64,000 nucleotides of DNA from Octopus vulgaris (lineage: Eukaryota), in assembly GCA_951406725.2 (NCBI GenBank), contig OX597836.1, forward strand, positions 18,352,001 through 18,416,000. Reading direction: 5' to 3'. Each line of letters starts with the position of its first letter. Position 1 is the first letter of the stretch. Under the pieces are notes generated by a model. The model made no database searches and was not told the DNA's origin. It saw nothing but the letters and a program-made list of their open reading frames with translations. Positions 54,945 through 64,000 of the stretch are shown piece by piece. A program made the position numbers and the translations under genes.

Positions 54945-55610
54945 CATACATACATATAATGTTTGTGTTACTAATTTAGGCATTGAAACAACCTGAAATA
55001 TATACCATAAACGAGTTAAATACATAAACAACGAAAGAAAAAATAGAAACCAGGACAAGTAAACACAGAGAAATGACCCTTCATCAGTTGTAAATAATTA
55101 AAATATAAATATTATAAATGAAACCGTCCTGTGAGAATGGTACCCATTGAAAGGTTTTCACGTTTAGCATACTAATTTTATAAAATCTGAAGTCCTAGCT
55201 ATAGCGTACTAAGCAAAGTGTATATGAAAGCACAAAAAAATCTATATAATAATATGCTTGTTCGTCCATCCGTTATACTTTAGTTAGTTAGAGAGGTGGA
55301 GTAAAAGTTAGAGAGAGAGAGGGAGGGATGAATATGTGTAGCGGATAAAGAAGTGAGGAAGAATTAGAGAAAGGTGTATAAGGTCAAATGCGTCACGTGG
55401 TTGGTTGACGGGAAAGGCGAGGAGCGAGAGAAAAAGACGGTGAGAGAAAAGAAGCAGAGAGAAGTTTTAATTACGTGTTGTAGGGTGTGGATGGAAAGGT
55501 AAAAAAGAAAGAGAGATGTTTAGGATACAATATTCAGCAGAATGTGATGTTCTGGTGGTGAAGTTAAACAAACGCAGATAGAGAGAGAGATGGACAACGG
55601 AGGCAGTTAC

Positions 55611-55661
<51 letters not shown>

Positions 55662-55797
55662 AACAGATAGACAGAGGCGTTTGTAGTATCAGAGTAGAGA
55701 CACATCTATTGAAAGCAAAAATTATAAACAGCTGAACTCCAATGAAAACTATAGTTTAGTTACTGAAAACTATTGAGATGATGATGACGATGATGAC

Positions 55798-55873
<76 letters not shown>

Positions 55874-57074
55874 GTGGTCGTGGTCGTGGTGGTGGTGGTG
55901 GTGATGGTTGTCGTCGTCGTCGTGTGTTGAAAGTGAAGAGTATTTTTTATTGAACTAATTCTAGATCATTTTTCTACCTGTTCGTTTACATTTTACGCTT
56001 TAGTTTGTTAGAGAAGTGGAAATGGAGTGTGAGAGAGAGAGGAAGAGACAATGTGAGAGTGAGAAAGAGAGCAGATAGCCAGCCGATGCATCATTCAGTC
56101 GCTCATGTGCTTAGTGGAAATGAGAAGTAAAGAGAAAGACAGAAACGTTAAAGACATGAAGAAGGGAATTACACGGATTGTTGAAGAGGAGAGAAAGAAC
56201 GAAATATAAAGTGGTTAGCAGAAGCAAATTTTTAAATCAGATAACATATTATTGTGACTGGAAGTGAAATAACTTAGCAAAATATGAATAAAAATGCAAA
56301 TCAACCATTCTTTCTTAAATAGCTTCTCTTAATCATTTTCGTTCTGTTGGAATTTCCACGGGTCCCACTAGTAAATATAAAATGGAAAAGAACGAATAGA
56401 ACTTGTAAGACTTTCAAAAATACACAATGATAGCAAAATAATATTACAAAAATTCTTTCTGGACATAAGCTTAAAGTAATAACAAAATACTATATAAAAC
56501 ATATGCATATATTCATACATATATGTACATACCTACATCTATATGTATATATACATGCATATATGGGTACAGGATACCAAAAAAACGTTGAACACAATGA
56601 GAAACGAAAACATAAAAACAAAAACATGGAAACGGACTTTTTTTTTCAAACAATGAAAAAACAGAGTACAAGACATACAACACAAGGAATATTCCCCTTC
56701 TTCAGTTGCCCCTGTTTCGGCTACTCCGCGTTTCGAAGGTAGGGGCAAGACGCAACTCCGTTGAAACGGTTCTTCCCGCAAAGCAAATTAAATAAAATTT
56801 GGGATTTTTAGTCGCTGGAAAAACACAGACGAAATGCTGTATAGAGCGGCAAAAAAAAGGGTTGTTTAAAACAATCAATGAGGGAGATATTTTATGATAA
56901 AATTCTTCCGGAATGTATTAGGAATAGATAAACAAGACATCGTTTCGAATCTCGCTGGTCATTGTTTATATGACGATTTATTATCAACACAATGACGAGT
57001 GGGGCGGCGATCACCCGACATAATTCGAAACACTAATTGGTACAAAACGAATTTGTGAGACTGAAGACAGTATA

Positions 57075-57289
57075 TTCTTTTACTCTTTTACTTGTTTGAG
57101 CCATTTGACTGCGGCCATGCTGGAGTGCCACCTTTAGTCGAACCAATCCATCCCAAGACTTATTCTTTGTAAGCTTAATACTTATTCTATCGGTCTCTTT
57201 TGCCGAACCACTAAGTTACGGTGACGTAAACACACCAACATCGGTTGTCATGCGATGGTGGAGGGACGAACACAGACACACAAATACAT

Positions 57290-57363
<74 letters not shown>

Positions 57364-57490
57364 GATTGGCTTCTTTTAAGTTTCCGTCTACGAAATCCAC
57401 TCACAAGGATTATACTAGAAGAAACTTATACTAGAAGAAACTTGCCCAAGGTGCCACGCAGTAGGATTGAATCCGGAACCATGTGGTTGA
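57075..57490 (-). mobile_element. SINE family A
   Basis: Homology to 1741-2164. Confidence 0.88.
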
Positions 57491-58656
57491 GAACACACAT
57501 ACATATATCATATACGTATATTTGTCAATAGGATCTTTAAAGACATTAAGCTACCACTTTCAAATATAATAAAGTTTTAAAAGAAATAAGTTTATTGCAA
57601 ATTGGAAAAAAAATTATAAATCTCCGTTCTTTGAATTCCTCTTCATAAAAGAAAGAAAATTTTTCAACACAACGCAAACAAGACTCCTCGAAAATTTTCA
57701 AATTCACTGTGACGCCCAGGCTTCAATGAAATACGGAGCGATAATTTAGTGATACACTTCACGTACCCATTCGTTCGGGCATGCACGCATATGTTTGGCA
57801 ACACATCGCAGCAGAATTTAAAAGATACAATATTTTAATTTTTCTTTTGTTTTGTTTGATAAAACCAAATGCCGCAAGGTTTCTACCAACATACAGCTAC
57901 ATTTGCTTCTATATTTAACGTCATTGCAATTTCACGAACAACATAGTAAGCCTCTTTTAAGTCTCGCGAGACATATTCCAAAATCATAACATTTTTTATT
58001 CTTTGAGCTGATGCATGAAGCAGTGAGTGAAAGCAAACTTAAAACCGTTCAAATATGTTTGAGTGATAATCGAAACTGGAGTGAAAGTCTTGCTTAAGAC
58101 AAAAAGATAACAAAACATCATAGTCAGCTCAGAGTGCCCTTTATTGGACTGGAGGGTGCATATCAATTTCTTTCGTTCACGTCAACACAACTCTAACCTG
58201 ACTGGGAAGTGAAGTTTCTGTTATAGGACATCAATCAATATTATCGACTGATAGCAAATATTGATTTCAAATTTTGGCCCAAGACCAACAAGTTCGTGGT
58301 GGCGGGGGTTAGTCAGTTACATCGACACCAGTGCTTAACTGGTGCTTATTTTATCAACCTCGATAAGATGAACGGCAAAGTCGACCTCAGCTCGCCGCCA
58401 TACTGATAGCAAATACTGGCCGCCACAATGGGTCAGATTTGTGAATAGATCCGTGGAGCAGTGACTGAGAGTAAACAAACTTATAACAAGTTCAAATATG
58501 TCCGATGGATATTCGTAAAATGCTTTTCACTGGAATTTATGGAGAAAAAATACTCGCTTAAGGCAAAAATGTGTCAAAGCATCATAACAAGGTCATAGCA
58601 ACGCAAGGGAAAAGCCTTTTACACGTTCCAATGTCTCTTGGAAATATTTTAACTGA

Positions 58657-58690
<34 letters not shown>

Positions 58691-58739
58691 TCTTTCTTTC
58701 TTTCTCTCTCTCTCTCTCCAAAATTTCAGGACTTGAATT

Positions 58740-59110
58740 GGGTCGACATCATATTTTTTTTTCGTTTATTTTCATCCTTATTTTTCACAAAAAATTTTTG
58801 CAAATCAATTGATAGAATATTCTCCATTGTTCACGACCTCTTGCCAACGTTCCACTAGCTTGTCATTGCCTTCGTGGTACAAACCACTGAGTCTTAATCC
58901 GTATATTCACCGAGCCACATTTTCAGCTCTACGTCGTTCTTAAACAAAACGCCTCGCAAACTGCTGGCGAGCGACTGAAAAGAGTAATAATCTGAAGGCG
59001 TTATACCAAGAGAATACAATGGGTGCGGTAGAACTTCCCAACCGAGCTCTTGAATAGTAAAGTGAAGGCAAGCGTTTTTATGTTGAAGAAGCACGCTGTA
59101 TCCCTGGTCT
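58740..59110 (-). mobile_element. Mariner transposase C-terminal remnant
   Basis: LLQHKNA(HDNA)…IQELGWEVLPHPLYSLGITPSDYYSFQSL…F.N..EL..WL, followed by KLVERWQEVVNNGEY. Confidence 0.88.
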
Positions 59111-59984
59111 GATTGTTTCAGCTGCATTACCCTTCGACAGAAGGTAACGGGCGACGGTATCATGAGAGAATCCTTTCTACTGGTTCAGTTCCCCAGTGGA
59201 TGAGATCAGTCAATCGATCCTCACTAAACTGATCAGGCCAATTGGAAAGCAAGAAGTTTGTGTGCCTAAATTTCCCTTTCTTGAATCATGGAAACCATTT
59301 CTGTGTTGAAGCTCTGTCTCCGCGTGCAGAACAAATGTCTCAAGCAGTTTCGGCAGCTTTTGAACCATAAATGGAAACGAAGAGAAGGAAGAGAAGCAGT
59401 TATCGAAAATACACATTTTTATTTACTTGGCATCGTCCCATCTTAAAAAGGATAAAATTCGTCGCAATTTAAAAAATGACATAGACAAAAGCTGTTGAGG
59501 ATGAACAAAACTATAATACAATAAAACATAAAACACTACGATAAAGATATTTTTCGAGTTAATTCGTGGAAAAAAGCGACCGAATTTAACTGACAACCCA
59601 ATACTTATATAAGTAACCATTATTAAATAATTTGATACTGTTTTAACACCAAATACTGTGGTTCTTTCCACTTTTCGCTCTTTGTATGTCAGTAGTGCAT
59701 AATATCGTCTTTCTAGATTCCATTAAAAATCTTTTGTGTAGCATCTGTTAGTATTCAGAAATCTTTTATCGGAAATCTATTTGGATTAGCAAGTGTAAAT
59801 GTTGAAGGGGAAAATGAATCAAAAATTAAGTTATAATGGAAATTGTTGGGTATGAGTTAAGGCAACAATTTGCTTTTCTCAGTTCTTGTCTGTTGTCGAT
59901 GGCTGGCATGCGTCGTGTAAGGGAAATAACTTCTTTGCTCCGTGGGGCCCTGATATTTCTGCCAGCAATTCAGATATTAAAAAG

Positions 59985-60101
59985 TGACGTCATTGTTCCG
60001 CGCATATATCTGGTTGCTTTTTGACCAATCAAGTGCATCTGTGGGAGGAGCGATTTTTTTTTCCATTCAGATACGCAAAATTCGAATCGTGTAGCCAATC
60101 A
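59985..60101. promoter_or_regulatory. Candidate promoter cluster (CRE + two CCAAT boxes)
   Basis: TGACGTCA at 59985-59992, GACCAATCA (CCAAT 60025-60029) and AGCCAATCA (CCAAT 60095-60099). Confidence 0.3.
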
Positions 60102-60249
60102 AACATTCACACTCGTCACCGCACAATAACGCCAACGAGACATTTGATAATATAGACACAAATGTACTATGCATGAAAATACAGACTGGATGGTCACGGA
60201 TTGGGCAGGGTTGATGAGAGTCTGTTCAGGCATAACTAGAGCATAAACA

Positions 60250-60595
60250 ACAATGACAACAACAACAACTACTAGTACTACTACCACCACCACCACCACT
60301 ACCACCACTAATACTACTACTACCACTACTACTACTGCTACTACTGCCACTACTACTACCACTACCATTGCTGTTGCTACTGCTACAACTACTACTACCA
60401 CCACTACCACCACCACTACTACTACTACTATTACAACTACTACTACAACAACTACTACTACTACTACCACCACTACTGCTACTGCTACTACTGCCACTAC
60501 TACTACTACTACTACCACTACTACTACCATTGCTGTTGCTACTGCTACAACTTCTATTACTGCTGCTACTACTGCTACAACTACTATTACTACTG
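60250..60595. repeat. Degenerate (ACT/ACC/GCT)n array
   Basis: Direct reading. TACCATTGCTGTTGCTACTGCTACAAC is internally duplicated. Confidence 0.95.
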
Positions 60596-60797
60596 CAGAC
60601 AAGCAAACAGGGGAGCCTTTACGTAGTTGCTTGATCCGCATGAAATAACAACCAACTAGCCATAAAATCACCACCAACAGTCTGAAGAAGAGAGACAACA
60701 TATATATAGAAGCTGACGTGTTGGCCACGATTGGATCACCCTTGATCATGGGTCCCCCTCATCAATATTAACTTGTGGTTCGCTAAAAAGTGCAAAA

Positions 60798-60972
60798 GCG
60801 CAGGCGGGGCTGCGTGGCTAGGAAGCTTGTTTCCCAACCATGAAGTCCTGGGTTCAGTCCCACTGGCTGACACTTTGGGCAAGTGTCTTCCACTATAGCC
60901 CCAGGCCAACCAAAGCCTTGAGAGTGGATTTGGTCGACAGAAACCGAAAGAAGCTCATCGTACGTGTGTGTG

Positions 60973-61003
<31 letters not shown>

Positions 61004-61272
61004 ACGTGTTTATGTGTGTGTGTGTGTATGTTTTTGTGTTTGCCTCCACCGCCGCTTGATAACAGATGTTCGTATGATTCCGTTCACGTAACTTTGCGCT
61101 TCGGCAAAGAAAGACCGATAGAAAAAGTACTAAGCTTGCTTACAAAAAAAATAATCAAATAAAAATAAAAATAAGTACTGTCGATAAGGGGTCTATTTGT
61201 TTGACCGTACCCTTCAAGGTGGTGCCCCAGTATGACCGCAGTCCAATGATTATTGACACAAGTAAAAAGATT
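60798..61272 (+). mobile_element. SINE family A (older)
   Basis: GCGCAGGCGGGGCTGCGTGG…GGTTCAGTCCC…TTGGGCAAGTGTCTT…. Confidence 0.85.
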
Positions 61273-61774
61273 AAAGAAAAAGATGGCTTCATTATTGTAT
61301 GATCTTACAGCACTGTACACTACACTTTGCCACAACTGTACATCACTACACCACAGCACTGGCTCCCACACTGTAATCCACAATTTGATGTGTGTGCAAC
61401 TAACTGTATACAATAACAGCAGCAGCAACAGTTCCACCACCACCACGACAAGCACAACCACTACCACCACCATCACCAGTACTACCAGCAACAACAACAA
61501 CTACAACAGCAACAACAACAGCGCCGATAATGTTTATAGATGTAGCAGCACCACCTACGCTGTCCGTAACGAAGTCTCATTGATTCGGCACGGACTGGAA
61601 AAGATGATTAAATAAACAACAATTTTCCGTGACTCGATGGAGGTGGATGAAAGGGTGGAGTGGCGGGGACAGAGAGAGGGGGAGAGAGAGACAGAAGAGA
61701 GAGAGAGAGAGAAGGGGAGTATGGGAAAAGATACGGAAATATAGTGACTGTGCGTGTGCGTGACAATTTATGTC

Positions 61775-62530
<756 letters not shown>

Positions 62531-62814
62531 TGACAGATAGAATAGGTAGAAAAGGGAGAGAGAGAGAGAACAAAAGATTGTTTGCATGTGATACGTATGT
62601 GATGTATGTGGTGGGGTGGGGAAGACTAAAGATTTAATTCCACGTTCTAATCTATCTGTGGTCGGTTCATCATGCTCATTGAGAGATGGTGAAGGCGGTG
62701 GGGTAACTGATCTAAGGAAAAAGAGAGAGATGCAGAGAAGACAGGATAAAAAGAGAGAGGGCGGAAGATGAAGAGATAGGGAAGAAGAGACGGACAGATA
62801 GGAGTAAGAACATG

Positions 62815-62870
62815 GAGGGAGAGAGAGAGAGAGAGAGAGAGAAGAAAGAAAGAAAGAATGAAAGAAAGAC

Positions 62871-62913
<43 letters not shown>

Positions 62914-63090
62914 AGAAAAGAAAGAAAGAAACAGAGAAAGAAAGGTAGAAAGAAAGAAAGAAAGAAAGAAAGGAAGAAAGAAAGAAAGAAAGAAAGAAGA
63001 AAAGAAAGAAAAAAGAAAGAAAGAAAAAGAAAGAAAGAAGGAAAGAAATAAAAAAGAAAGAAAGAAAGAAAGAAAGAATGAAAGAGCATC
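62815..63090. repeat. (GAAA)n purine tract
   Basis: Direct reading. Confidence 0.95.
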
Positions 63091-63774
63091 AAAGTAAGAA
63101 AAATGGATTTAGAGAATGAAAGAAGCGTGAGAGAGATGGACAGAATAAATAGAGAAAGAGAAAGAGATTAAGAAATTAAGAGGGAAGAAGAAAGAAAAAA
63201 GAATGAATTAATGGATGAATGAATGAATGAATGAATGAATGAAGCGTGGGAGAGAAGGAGAGAATAAAGACAGAAAGAGAAACAGAGAAAGAAAGAAATT
63301 GGGAAAAACTGGAAAAGAAAGAAAGAAAGAATATAAACAAAAGATTGAGAGAAAGAGATTAAGAAATGAGGAAGAAGAACGAAAGAGTTTGTGTGTGCGT
63401 GTGCATGAGTGAGTGTGTGTGTGTGTGTGTGTGTGTGGCAGAGAGGTGGGAGAGGGAAGGAAGGAGAGAATGAAGATAATCTGGTGAGAAAGAAAGAAAG
63501 AAAGAAAGGAGGAAAGGAAAGACGGGAAGAAGGCGCAGTTAGGGATCATTCAGTAGGAAAACAGGGAGCTTAGGGGCTGTCTTACTAAATCTGTTTTGGC
63601 AGAGACTTACGCAATGGATTAAAGTGTATCTGTGTGTATGTGTAGGTATATATATATATATGTATATATACAATTAGGAATAGGTGCGTGCATGTATGTA
63701 AAGAGAATTATATTATGATGTGCATAGATGTAGGCCTATGAAATTTTAGAGGTGCGTACATGTACGTGTATATA

Positions 63775-63818
<44 letters not shown>

Positions 63819-63844
63819 CATATATATATATATGTATATATATG

Positions 63845-63894
<50 letters not shown>

Positions 63895-64000
63895 TGTATA
63901 TATATATGTATGTATATATATATCTATGTATATGTATATATAAAGGTAATGTTATTAGGTGTGCGTGAGTGCATGTACATAATTATTAAATGGTGTGTGT

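Noticed and set aside
60099-60749. Poly-Val/Thr/Ser ORFs resembling a mucin or membrane protein
   Set aside because: They are explained by a degenerate ACT/ACC trinucleotide array open in several frames.

Overview
AT-rich, microsatellite-saturated eukaryotic non-coding DNA. The SINE repertoire (tRNA-headed families with CORE-like, V-like and Meta/MESC-like modules), the very high (TA)n/(TATG)n/(GATA)n/(TAA)n load and the LINE set point to an octopus or other coleoid cephalopod genome; this is an inference. No host protein-coding gene can be supported, and almost all ORFs in the track are simple-repeat artefacts. The real coding signal comes from transposons: a 3.5-kb near-perfect palindrome (13007-16506) of two 5'-truncated Penelope-like elements (RT thumb + GIY-YIG) joined head-to-head, a second GIY-YIG remnant, fragments of R4/Dong, HERO and RTE LINEs, four Tc1/mariner remnants and a short Helitron. 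The most striking signal is about a dozen hammerhead-ribozyme (HHR) motifs, canonical and variant, from several unrelated non-coding families. These include a 462-bp partial-tandem unit with a fully canonical type-I HHR (retrozyme/circRNA candidate). Fold-back inversions recur at every scale. Also present are nested SINE insertions with clear TSDs, one SINE head carrying three different tails, a chimeric SINE with a ~52-bp TSD and a few candidate cis-regulatory clusters.
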